From Neodothiora populina (taxonomy: Eukaryota): 64,000 nt of DNA. Both the position numbers and the translations under genes were made by a program. This document shows, piece after piece, positions 47,842 through 59,967 of this stretch; within the stretch, counting starts at the first letter, position 1; every line of letters begins with the position of its first letter. The stretch spans positions 1,612,001-1,676,000 of the forward strand of contig NW_027191413.1 of the NCBI RefSeq assembly GCF_041146345.1, written 5' to 3'. The notes under the pieces were generated by a model, which saw only the letters and a list, made by a program, of their open reading frames with translations, was not told the DNA's origin and made no database searches.

Positions 47842-49509
47842 TCAACATATATTACGGACGTTCCACGCACCGATTCCTCTTCTTCCCACAACTCGGGAGA
47901 TGGTAGGCAGAACTCCATCATCCCCAAAGTCCATATCATCCAAATTCAGGTGTTGTTTCCATTGCCAAACCTTCTCCAGATGTATACCCGTCCTCTCTGG
48001 CTCAGACGAAAGGCCAGTGGTATAAGGATCTAGGAAGGTTGCACTTAGAGGCGCAACCAGAAGAGTGGTAGAGTTCGCCTCACATGCAACAGCTTTCTCC
48101 AGTTCTTCAACCATCAGCTCGCCGCGCATGCCCATCAAGTCCTTAGCGACCACGTCACCCCCGTGTTGCCCAAGCAGATACATCGGCGGACTGTATGTCT
48201 TCCACCAATAGACCTGAGCAATGCCGGGCTGTTCGGCTATCCAGAGCTGCGCTGGCACAACGCCGCCTTGATGGTAGACGCCCATGAGTATGCCGAGGCA
48301 GACATTGAAGATCAGCCACACGCCGATCCAGAGTTTGGTAGACCTTTGGGGCAGCCTCACAGTGGAAAGTAACAGTGGGATTGCTGGCAAGAGGAAACGA
48401 GCTTCCTGATGTTTGAAACATGACAGTGTGGCGATCCCGCACATCGCCGAATAGAAACGCATGCCCAGCCTAGGCCTCAAGACCAGAAGCAAAATGGCAG
48501 GCCCGAGTAGCTGGGGGAGATTGACCAAGAAATGTTGGTAGTACGGGTGCAGACCATGCTTAGCCAGATTATCCGGATCGAGGTTGTACACGAAATTGTT
48601 CCATGGTGTAATGACAGCCTTGCTACTCAGGTGTCTGAAATGGATTCGGCCGTTCGTATACCACTCTGTATCTACGCATATGGCAAGCAGAGTGGTCAGG
48701 ACTCCAGTCGTCGTCATGACGAGCAGAGTGATGGGTCTGTCATTCGGGTCAGCTGGCTATGGAGAGCGTCGGACTCGCCGGCTTTACTTTGAGAAGAAAT
48801 GAGGTAATAACCTCATTAGAGGCACCACGATGAATGCCGGGAATGTGATGCGGTTGAAGACGCCGAGAACAACGAGGAATGCGAGAATCGCAGATGCGAG
48901 AAATTGAGAGGTTTGCTATCATCTCGTCAGGATCAGACTAGGTACGATACTTGTTTGGTTTACCTTGTCTTCGACTATACGCCCAATCAAGACGAGACAC
49001 CACAGAACAAGAAGTGTCTCTATGGCATTAGAAAAGGTATGTGTCTGGTATGTCCATGTCACGTAAGATGACGCTACCAATAAGGTAGCGGAGCGCCGTT
49101 GCTTGGAACTGGGCAGGAGTTCATGGAGAGCCCAGTCCTCGAGCACGAAGCTGAGCAAAAACATGAGGACGCGCAGCGTGTAGAATACAGAGGCAGACGG
49201 TATAGTCTGGTAGCCGGACCCCTCAGCCAGCCATTTCAGTAGCGTGAGAGGCCAGCCATAAAACACCCATAGGGGAAAGACGCTCCTGATGGGCGTGGCC
49301 GATGTGAATTCCCATGTCAGATGAGTGGGAAAGGAAAAGACACGCCCTATGATACTATTCAGCATAGTACATTGTGCGAGAGAAAACAAATCGCCCTTAC
49401 CTGTTATGACCTCTGGCCCCTGAAGATGTTCATCAGGATGTAGGTAGCTAGGCGACAGAGCTATATACAGGCGCAGCAAGACCAGACAAAGATAGACACC
49501 TCCCCACAT
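47842..49509 (-). CDS. SMP3: GPI mannosyltransferase 4 (Alg9-like GT22), about 4 exons
   Basis: [78 protein letters not shown]. Confidence 0.93.
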
Positions 49510-50447
49510 GTCTGTTTACGATGACCTTGATCGCACCGCAAGCATGGATGTCTATGGAATATATCAAAGTCGATTATCACTACGTCTGCAATTGGAAAAG
49601 TAGGCGACCAGCGTGTCGAGGCATCCAGAATGCGCAGCCCGATCACGTGCCTAATGCTTTCAGATAATCTGCAGATCACCAGAAGGATTCCAGTCACAGT
49701 AGGAACGATGTTAGATAAACGATACGATAGACACTCTCGGCGGGCTTGGTGTGTGTTTACTGCATCATGCTACTTGTACCAGCTCACCAAGCAATGATGA
49801 TAGGTAAGGGTCCTGCTGCAGTCTCTTGTACAAGCAGCGGGGCAAAAGATAGAGTGGGCAACCTTGGAGCAAATGTTCCTGCAGTGCGCAAGCAGCGAGA
49901 AGTGATGCAACGACTACTATGAGTGCGGTGGACTGCCGCAACGAAAACATGGTGCTCTTGGATCATGGCCACGTAGCGCAATACATCGACAAGGCAATTG
50001 AACATTGTCTCAGGGCATACTCGAACACGCGATCCATTCGCAACGAAGTCTCCATCAAGGTATTCTCCGTACTGTACCGTGAAGCAAGATGCCTACAAGA
50101 AGAGTGGATTGATGCCTTTCGAAGCCAGCGGCAAGATTCACTTGAACGTCCGTGCGTCGGCGTCGGTGGACCAGGGATTAGGCTACCTCGTCACAAAGTT
50201 ACCTTACCTGCCTGTAGCCTTCACTTGACTTGCACTGACTGTTGCTTGCTCACATGTCACATTGTTATAACCTCGCGACATCTTTCTAATCCTTTGCCCA
50301 TCAAACAACCTCTGTCGACATTCAATTGTCAAGTACAAACCAGCGATCGCACTTGCAGCATCTCTGTCCAGCCTCTGTGCTTCGTCCACAGTCACATTAT
50401 CCAATCAATCAACCCACATAACCCGTCATCCACATACAGCCGCAGCC

Positions 50448-51134
50448 ATGTCGACCGACGAACAAAAGGTCAACTTGGTCAGCTCTGACAATGTCACCAT
50501 TACCACGGGTATGGCGCCCTCCCTTGAAGATTCAATTTGAGTGTGTTCTGCATGTGCTGACACCGCTTTTCAGATCGTGCTGTCGCCGAGCGTTCCATGC
50601 TCATAAAGAATATGATCGAAGATCTCGGAAACCCCGGCGAGGAGCCCATCCCTATCATGAACGTACGTCGCGCGACTCTTGACATTCCTGCTGTATCAAG
50701 ACAAGTTTTGCTCACGCTGCGATCCGCAGGTCAGCGAGGCTGTGCTCAGGAAGGTGATCGAGTGGTGCGAGCACCATAAGAAAGACCCCGCGCCAACCCA
50801 GGACGATGATGCCGACAACCGCAAGAAGACCACCGACATCGACGAGTGGGACCAGAAGTTCATGCAGGTCGACCAGGAGATGCTTTTCGAGATCATCCTC
50901 GCTGCCAACTACATGGACATCAAGGCTTTGCTCGATGTCGGCTGCAAGACTGTCGCCAACATGATCAAGGGCAAGTCTCCCGAGGAGATTCGCAAGACTT
51001 TCAACATCCAGAACGACTTCACTCCCGAGGAGGAGGAGCAGATTCGCCGTGAGAACGAGTGGGCTGAGGAGTAAGTCGATCCACCACCGCCATTTTGGTT
51101 TGTTAATGCTGACGTAGTCTGCTTCAGTCGTTGA
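50448..51134 (+). CDS. SKP1: SCF ubiquitin-ligase subunit Skp1 (sconC), 4 exons
   Basis: [69 protein letters not shown]-stop. Confidence 0.97.
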
Positions 51135-51422
51135 AACCCTCATCTGCCATAACTGCTGGTAATCCCTATTCTGGACATATCTGACGCTCACATCGCCAAC
51201 TTTGCATCTGTGGCGCAATTCAGGCCATGAAATAATGGGATACCTCGCACACTGGCGTTTCCGGCGTTGGTCGATTTGAAATGAAATGAATATCATGACT
51301 TGCACCTTGGGGGCGGTGCAACGATCCTTGAGGTCTATCTACCTTTTTTCCATCCAGGGGAGTTTCCGGATCGTGCAAGCAAGTCGGTGTTTTGCACACG
51401 ATCAATTAATCAAACACTACTT

Positions 51423-51449
51423 CTGCTGCTGCTGCTGCTGCTGTTGCTG
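51423..51449. repeat. (CTG)n microsatellite downstream of SKP1
   Basis: ctgctgctgctgctgctgctgttgctg read directly. Confidence 0.85.
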
Positions 51450-52151
51450 TTACTGCCTGGACATTGTTTCTTCGTGCGAGCTATGCTAGCATATCTGGTA
51501 TGCAATGAATAAAACTCTAGATATGATGGACGCGAAGCCATCCATAGCACAATATCGAATACAGGCTCATAGTATCACATCCCATTCGAAACCAGCGAAG
51601 CCAGAACTCTGTATTTCTCGCTGCTCTAGACTTTCAAGCATTAACCGTTTGTCCATGCAAAGTGCCCCGCTATGCGCAACAATACGAAGCCGACACTGCA
51701 CATCTGCGAGAATGTCAAACAGCAGCAATCCGGTCAGAGAAAGTAATCATCTGCAACCATGCTCTCGCCTCTTGGGAAAAACATAGTAATATGATGGGAA
51801 CATAGTAGGCACGTCTATTGTACTGTTTTTATCTTTGCCGTGTCGAACCAACATATGCTCGGGTTGGACCCCTTCGGGAGATGCCAAAGACGACATGCGG
51901 GGCAGCACTGCGCTAACACCGAGAGCCCTTGTGTATTTTTGTTATCAACATTGATTTCGTACATACCGTGTAGTTCATTCAGTAGTATCCGAAACAGACC
52001 AGAGAAAAGAAAAAAAGGAAAAACCAGAATCAAAGGATCAAAGAATATCACGGGAAAAGGACACATACGACCGGACCCCCTTCAACAAGCCAACACCACC
52101 ACCACCCCTACCAGCATACCAACCAACGATCTACTCACACACGCCAACAAA

Positions 52152-52930
52152 ATGACCTCAATAGACCCGACCGTAACGGCAATCCTCGACCGCAACGCAG
52201 ACTCCTCCGGAGACGAAGACTCGCTAATCGCCGAGCTCGAAAACGAAGAAACCTCCTCGTCCTCGCTCGCCGCCTTCCGCGAGCAGCGCCTACAGCAACT
52301 CCACGACGAGATCTCGCGCGCCAGGGACATGCGCAACTCGGAGCACGGCACATACACGGAGATCAAAGACGAGAAGAAAGTCATGGACATCACGACGAGC
52401 AGCAAGCTGTGCGTGGTGCATTTCATGAAGCCGGATTTCACGCGGTGCAGGGTCATGGATCAGAAGCTGGAGGTACGTGAGCGAGCGTTCAAGCAATCCG
52501 ATTGGTAGATGGGTGGGCTCTTTCCTTGTCTTTGGGATAGAGACCTGGTCGTCATACCTCCCACCCCGCCCCGCGCCTTCTTCACTGTACTAAATAAACC
52601 TTTCCCAAGGCCCTGGCCCCCAAACACTTCGACACGCGCTTCATAAGCGTCAACGTGGAAAACGCGCCCTTCCTCGTCACCCGCCTGAAAATCCAAGTCC
52701 TGCCCTGCGTCATCTGCTTCGTCGACGGCGTCGGCACAGACCGCGTCCTGGGCTTCGAAGGACTGGGTCGCAAACCCGACTCTTTCACGCTGAAAGAGCT
52801 CGAGACCAGGTTGTTGAGTAGTGGGGTGTTGACGCGCGCCAAGGTCGTTGATCAGGATGAGTTGGCGCAGATGGCTAGGAATAAGAGGTCCGATCAGATG
52901 GACGAGGATTCAGGGGATGATTGGGATTGA
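52152..52930 (+). CDS. PLP1: Phosducin-like thioredoxin-fold protein (Plp1/TXNDC9), 2 exons (intron 52473-52609)
   Basis: FREQRLQQL, CVVHFMKPDFTRCRVMD, NAPFLVTRLKIQVLPCVICF...RVLGFEGLG, and an acidic DDWD end. Confidence 0.9.
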
Positions 52931-53500
52931 GGCAGAGTGAGGTCGTTCTGCAACAGATACTGTCTTCGAGGGGAATTTCCAGACTATTCGGCAGGTCGAG
53001 GTTTGTCTTCTTTATCAAACTACCGGAAGAAGGGCACGATCAGGGGTAAAAGTGGCTTTCTATGGGACATAGATCCAGGACTCACGAGACCGAGCCCTCT
53101 GCATGGACTTCGAGCTGCTCACCAGTCCTCGTCCCGATTCAGCACCATTGGGGGAAAAAAGAGAAAAGTGGTTGGCTGAACCAAGCAATGATCGCCTGCC
53201 AACGGGGCCGTAATCCGGCAGTCGCATTTGCATCTACGGCACAAAGGTATTCGCTAGGGAAAAAGACATAAGAATGGAATAATGCCAATGCATGGCGCGC
53301 CGCCAGCAGCGCTCCGTAGTCGGGTATCGTTAGGTGATATGCGCTCTTCACTCCCTTGCCCAAGGAGTCAGCCAGTCTTGAATGAAGAACATTCGCGACT
53401 CCCGTCCAAGTCTAGAACTCCGTTACCATGCTTCGATAAGACAATATTCGTCCATTCTCCGCCGGTTCCTAGCGGTCCAACAAGTCAAGTAGCTGAGAGG

Positions 53501-55923
53501 CTAATTCTGATCTTCACTTGTGTCCTCTTCTCCGTTCTCCTCGCGGTGGCGAGCCTTGACCTTTTGTGCTAGATTGGCCAGACCCGAGGATGCCAGACCC
53601 GAGGACGCGTTGTTAAAGACGGTCCGACCAATGACGCTCTCATGGTCACGAATCGATTGTATGTCTTCCACACGACGGGTTAAGTAAATTGTTGGTTCTC
53701 TTCCCCGTCGCTCCAGAATCCTCTTCATTTCTTCTTCGTACGCCGTTTCGTACACATTCATCTCTGTTGCTCCAGGTGACTCGCTCAGAAAATGGTCTCC
53801 TACTTGCCCCGTGGATTGCGAATCCAGACCAGGTCCAATGTCAAGAAACAGCAAGTCTGTGAGTGGATCATGGGCATGACCCTTCGCACGATCGATCATT
53901 GTTGGGTCCCTGGAAGAAAGTGAATCGGTTATTGACAGCGACGTCGATGAACTTGTGTCATAGTGTTTTCCCTTGAGCAGATCTTCGTGGTTGTCAGACC
54001 CTGTTCCAGCCGAATCCTTTATATCCACACCACGCGGTCGGCACACGTTGTCATCGGATACCACGATATCATGATGCACGCCTTCCGTGGCCAGAATGCG
54101 TTCCAATGGTCTTCTGTTACTACTGTCGGCACTCTGGGCATGTCTGTGCTCGCTTACAGGTCGCATGTCGGCTGGGGGTGCGACAAAGCGAGAAGAGCGG
54201 CCGAAAATACCACTCATCAACTCCGGCCGCTTTTTGAACAGTAAATCCTTGAACCGCTTGACGGCTTTCATCTAGGTTTCTTGTTAGCTCCGTAGACAGC
54301 ACACGAAAAATGCGACTTCACGTACCACTACCAATAACTGCTTCATATTCCCAGTAATTGCGTTCTGCAATTCGGCTTCCGTCGGCAATTCAATCAGATC
54401 TGCGCAATTCTCCTCTGCAGAAAGTAAAGGATCGCTTCCCCCTTTTGTAACCCAGGGGTGCTCCTATATTCAGTAAGTGCTCCGCCTTTCCTATCTGAGA
54501 GGTTTCATCTGTCACATACCCTGAGCTGCTGCATTGTGATTCGCTTCTCCGGATCCTTCTCCAATAGTGAATGCATCAAATTTGCAAAGTCGTGATTTGG
54601 CTCTCCATGCAGATCGAATTCGTCATTCCGGATTGCCTCATACATCTCCAGCATACTATACTTCTCAAACGGGATTTGACCATATCTCAAGCAGTAAAGT
54701 GTGACACCCATGGACCATATGTCTGCTGCTCTGCCAGACACCTGACCATGCTTAGCAACACACAATTCTGGTGGCATGAACGCAGGTGAACCTGCAGATT
54801 TGGCGATGGACATGTCGGACTCCTTTTCAAACATTTCGGATACTCCGAAGTCGACGATCTTCAGCACGTCGTCTTGGGTGATGAGACAATTATCGGGCTT
54901 GATGTCACGATGAATTATCCCCTGTGCATGCACTGCCACCAGTTTGTTAGACTTCTGTTCATGCGAGAACCGGCCTCATAACTTACAGTATTCCATGCCC
55001 AAGATCATATCTCTGAACCAGCATCTGCACGTCTCCTCCTCGTATGGTTCGGCGTTCTCGCCAAGTCCAACTTTCATTACGACTCCTTTCTTACACATCT
55101 CGAGCACCATGTAGAGCGAGTCCTCCTCCGGGTCGTCCAGGACCTCGATGAGGGAGGCAACGTTGTTGTGGTTGAGCTTTTTCATGATCGCAATCTCCTC
55201 TTTTATCAGATCAAGCGCGTGGTCGTTGTTTTGGTTCGCCTTGTCCATGGAAGACAGCCTGTGTAGAGGAGAGTTGTAACCCAATCTCGCAGCCAGATGG
55301 CTCGGGTGTTTTTGGTTCGGCCGACGCAGGAGATTGGATTGGGCACGTTTCCGCAGACGTGACTTGGAGAATTCTTTTACGGCCTTGAACGACAGTGATT
55401 AGCACGGGCGAGTCGTACCTAGACGCCAAAGATCTCTCACATATTCTGTTCCGTATTGGTCGATAGCAAGGTGGACGGCACCGAACGATCCACGCCCTAT
55501 CTCCTGCTTGATAATGTACTGGTTGATGCGATGGACGGCGGTTCCATCATCGTCACTACTGCTATAGTGTGACCGAGCGTTGAGCGATTCCTAGAGCATA
55601 TAAGTTTCGCATCCAGTGCGGCGTGTAGCTGACATGTACCGACGCACCTTGACATGATTCGTGCGCGAATGGGTCCTTGTATGGTGTCTAAGTGGACTTT
55701 GGTAGGCAGGCAGGGACCTGTTGTGATCGAGTGAGACTCAGTACGACAGACCTAGCATCGCATCGAGACTCTTCTGTTCTTACATGTGTTTCACTGCTGC
55801 AGGTCTACCATGGGTGACAGAGTCAGGCAGGTTTATCGATATGCCATGATCTTGTATTATGCCAGCATCTGCCGCCGTCCTAGGTACAGAAGAGGAAGAA
55901 CTCGGCTCTGTGTTTTCGGCCAT
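53501..55923 (-). CDS. Ca2+/calmodulin-dependent protein kinase kinase (CmkC/Ssp1-like), multi-exon
   Basis: HRINQYIIKQEIGRGSFGAVHLA|AVKEFSKSRLRK, IKEEIAIMKKL, HRDIKPDN, DFGVSE, SAGSPAFMPPE, DIWSMGVTLY. Start MAENTEP obtained by in-frame splicing. Confidence 0.9.
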
Positions 55924-56380
55924 GATTCTTGGTGCTATCACGTGCTGTGGTTGACGACTCTGCTCTGTCGATGCTGCTGCTTACAGGCTGCAGGAACTAC
56001 TTTGGGTGAATATGGATGAGCGAGGACCTGGCACGACATGCTGTGAGAAGAGACTGAACCACAAACCGCATATAAGAGGATCGCTGGCCTCTCTCTCGTC
56101 AGATACTGTGAGACCTGAGATAGCAGACGCACTTCGAGGAAGGAGCCGCCCAATGAAGCAACGCCGTGGGGTTGACCCTCTTGGCATCAGTCGGGCGTGC
56201 TTCGACTTGTATCAACACAGTGCAACTAATCAAGCAGTCCGCACTACTGTAACGAGTACTGGATGTACAGCGGAGTATGAACCATATACAACATCTCTCG
56301 ACGCCTTGGACGGAGCACACAACAACAACCACAGCTGCAGCCGCAAACAAGGATCCAAGATCATCTACTGGATCGCCGTC

Positions 56381-57047
56381 ATGTCTGTTTACTCCTTTTA
56401 CATCTTCGACAGGCATAGTATGCTAGCCCTCCTCGCCTTTGTGTTGTTGCATCATGATGATTATTGACCTTCTTCTAGCGGAATGCATTTACAGTAAGCG
56501 GTGGAATCAGAGGCCCGCGTCTGCCAATGTGAAGTCTACCCAGCGTCGGTCAGCAGCAAGTGCACTCAGCAATGGCGATGTACCGGATGTCTCTCCAAAA
56601 GCTCTCTCGAATGAAGATGATGCAAAACTTATCTTTGGCTCTATCTTCTCGCTCCGAAGAATGGTGCGTCAATTAGGAGGCGAAGACGACAGGTATGTTA
56701 CTAATGACTGGTACTGTTCATCACCTTGCTCACATAACCAGCTTTTTGTCTTATCGCACTGGAGAATACAAGCTACACTATTTTGAAACGCCCACAAACC
56801 TCAAATTTGCCATGCTGACAGATACTCGGATTGGTAACATGCGCACCGTGCTGTATCAGATCTGGGCCAATCTGTACGTCGAGTACGTGGTCAAGAATCC
56901 AATCTCGCCAGTAGAGCATCCCGGCGGTGTTGGTGTAGCGAATGAGTTGTTCGACGGTGGCTTGGAAAGCTTCATTGTTTGTCCATCTACCGACCATGCT
57001 GATGATCCCCACTAATCTTTGTCCAGGGGTCTATATTCCCGTCATGA
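56381..57047 (+). CDS. BET5: TRAPP complex subunit Bet5/TRAPPC1 (sybindin family), 4 exons
   Basis: MSVYSFYIFDRH|TECIY...AKLIFGSIFSLRRMVRQL...YRTGEYKLHYFETPTNLKF...YVEYVVKNP. Confidence 0.92.
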
Positions 57048-59682
57048 GAGCTCACTTGGGCCTAGGCGAGATGACGAATGACGAACTCATAGAAGCAGCG
57101 GACTGCAGCAATTTGTGAATGAAACCTACAGGTAGGAGGTGGGGAACCAGTTCCACTGGGCCTAATCGCTTCATAAAATATCGACGAGAACTAGTCGGAG
57201 ACCGCAGTCGTTGAGTGTTGCGCAGCGCAGCGGAACCACAATCCTCCGCCCAGCTCGATGAGCCTCAAGCTCTGAATCTCCACGATCGAGACGGCCAATG
57301 CCTTTTCTTAGAGCCTCTGTCGATTATGTCTGATCGATGATTTACTAGTGTGATACTCTGAAGGAGATGAACGACCAGCAAATCGTTGCGCCATGCCCGC
57401 CTACCCGCCTCGGTAGTATTAGAAGATATCGAAGGTGGAGCTACGTGTGGTGAACCGTATGACAATCCTTACATTAGCCCTGTTGCGGCTCATCTGGCAA
57501 CACATCCGATTGGGTGGTAGTTGCTGGGTGAATGGCAAGTTGGGAGAACTCGGCAGGGGAACAGCACGCCGCATGAGTGTGTACACGACATGTAGCATGT
57601 AGCCCAGGCTGAATCACGATGTACGTTATCTATTATTGCGCCATCAAAAGAATGTTGAGAGTGTTTGTACTGGTACATGAGCCTGTTGGCTCACAAAAGT
57701 TGATGCACCAAGGTCAACTACGGTCCGACGACAGAAGCTAAAGGTCGGTCCCCGTGGGTTTGGAGCAGGTGTAATGCAGCATATTCAATCACTTTGCTAC
57801 TTCTCCTCTTCTTGGCGTGACTGTTGAGGTCTGCAAGCGTCAGGAGATAAGTAAAGGTAAATGGTGGACGAATCGCCTTGTCCCCGTTGAGCTCAATGTG
57901 GAAAGTGTATATGGATGGTTCAGTCATGCTCGATGCCAAAATTGGATTGGATCGAGCTGCAGTCCAGCGTGCGACATCTCTATAGATCCATCCAATACAC
58001 AATGAATGTTCCCACAAAAGCACAACAGTAACGGTAGCGAGATGGCTACAATGGGGCTCTCACGCGAATACCCTGTATGGCATGACTGTTGTACATGCGA
58101 GGTAATCGCTCGTCCCGATAACTCGGTTGGTCAACGACGTAGGTCGTACAGGAACGGACGACAGGCTCCGCCCAATCTGTCCAAGGAGTGAAGACTGAAC
58201 CGAGATAAGTGTGATTCCGGGGAGTGATCTGCATAGGCGTAGGGCGGGGATCTTAGGGGGTGGAGTGTGGCCAGAAGCCAACCGACAAGGCTAAAATACC
58301 TTACCTTACTGTAATTATGTGCGTAATCAAAACAGCCTATCTGCGTACCATGAACATGGACGGGAGCCATGGCAGAGCGCCTGAGTTGGCAGGTAAGTCC
58401 GAGGGTGGGAGAACACCTCATCCACCGCACCTCGGCCAGAGTCGCACTGGTGGTATTGTACAACGTGTGCACCTAGGCTTGCTGCTTCTGATGACACGGA
58501 TGCGCGGACCGAACGAGAAAGCAGGGAGGCAGGCCGGTAGTGTTCGCCGGGGCGACGCCATCTCCTCACTCTCTCCACACATCATCCCGCATGAGTTCGC
58601 AGATGATTAAGGCTTGGTGGTGGCTCGTAAGGATAGCTTTTACACCAAGCGCGGATACAATACGAGAATCGAAATCGCGTGCCCCGTGCCGGGACCTGCT
58701 GCTGTATTGTATCGCGAGTGCTGCGATGTCCGATGAGCGACCTACTGCTATTTTTCTTGTGCAGGATCATGGGATGTTCTTGCACCCTCACCCTACAAGA
58801 GACGCCGCAGTGCGTCCGTTTCCTTCCCGTCTTTTTATCGAACTACCCTACCCTTACATAAGTCACACATGGCCCTATTATTGGTCTCTTGTCAGCAAGA
58901 AACGCTTGCGGTTCGGCAATGTGCAAAGTGTCGTGAAGGACCGTCGCTTGTTGCCTGCGTAGAAAAGATGAAACCGCGCACGTCTGATGGGTTGACTGAT
59001 TCTTGCTGCCTTAGTGAGGGCGCAAGGCTAGATGTGCTGCGCTGTACTGTATATTATATTACGGTCAGGTAGGGTAAAATGCTGGGAAGACCCTGTAGTC
59101 TGGTTCCAGAAATTAAAGCGGCACTTGCATTGTATGAGCACATCAGGGCCGTCAGTAGTAGTACCGTACCGTACAGTAGCATGTAGCACCATCCACCGCC
59201 CATCTTGACAGAAAATACTGGGTCTCTTGTGGCCTTACACCGAATGGCTGTCTGTCTGTACCGTGATGACCTTCCTGCACAGTACCTTGCCTTCCTTGGC
59301 CACCGCCGCCTCTAGTGCATTGTAACAGTCAGCAGCATCTGCGTCTTCTGGTCCACAGGTCTTGTTACCCTACTCCGTAAAGGCATAGGAACGGGATTAA
59401 AGGTCCCTTGAGCCTTCTCGAACGCTATCATCCGCACTAACGGCCGCCCTTACAAAGTTTGCCGGTCCTCCGCGCGCTGCTCTGCCAATCGTCCGGCGGC
59501 GGACACTGGCCTAGACAAACCTGGTCGATCCCGCACTTTGATCACTCTCAGCTCCAACAACCTGAATTGCCCAGACTGTGCTTTCTGTTTTGCTTCCAGT
59601 TCACACATACCATCCGAACACTATCCTCTTCACATTCCGACTTTGACCGGTGCGAAATCATCAAGTACAGTCCATTGGAGAC

Positions 59683-59700
59683 ATGGCGTCCGATCAATAG
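59683..59700 (+). promoter_or_regulatory. Candidate upstream ORF (MASDQ*) in the REG1 leader
   Basis: gacATGG strong context; ATG GCG TCC GAT CAA TAG, 285 nt upstream of the REG1 ATG. The transcription start is unknown. Confidence 0.35.
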
Positions 59701-59777
59701 CAACAACCATCGCCTCACATTGCCACACCCCCGCGCCTGCCCCCAGCGTCCTTCCTACCTTGGTCATCCTAAGTCCG

Positions 59778-59844
59778 GCAGCAGTCCCGCAGCAGCAGCA
59801 GCAGCATTAGCAGCAATTATAGCAGCAGCATCGGCAGCGGCAGC
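59778..59844. repeat. Imperfect (GCA/CAG)n tract upstream of REG1
   Basis: gcagcagtcccgcagcagcagcagcagcattagcagcaattatagcagcagcatcggcagcggcagc read directly. Confidence 0.75.
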
Positions 59845-59967
59845 GGCCGCGACACATTGACCTTCGCCTCTTCCTCTCGTCACACCACACCCCACGGAAA
59901 CCTTCCGCAGCACTTCAGTCACACCTTCACCACAATCTCTCTCTCTTTCTCTGTGTCGACCGACGCC

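Noticed and set aside
49919..50488. 189-aa ORF in the SMP3/SKP1 divergent promoter
   Set aside because: No recognisable domain or codon bias, and it overlaps the SKP1 start out of frame.
52063..52072. ACATACGACC, resembling the 5' end of fungal 5S rRNA
   Set aside because: Similarity stops after 10 nt; no internal control region follows.
59459..59860. 133-aa ORF ending in poly-Ala upstream of REG1
   Set aside because: Non-ATG start, and the poly-Ala comes from the GCA repeat.
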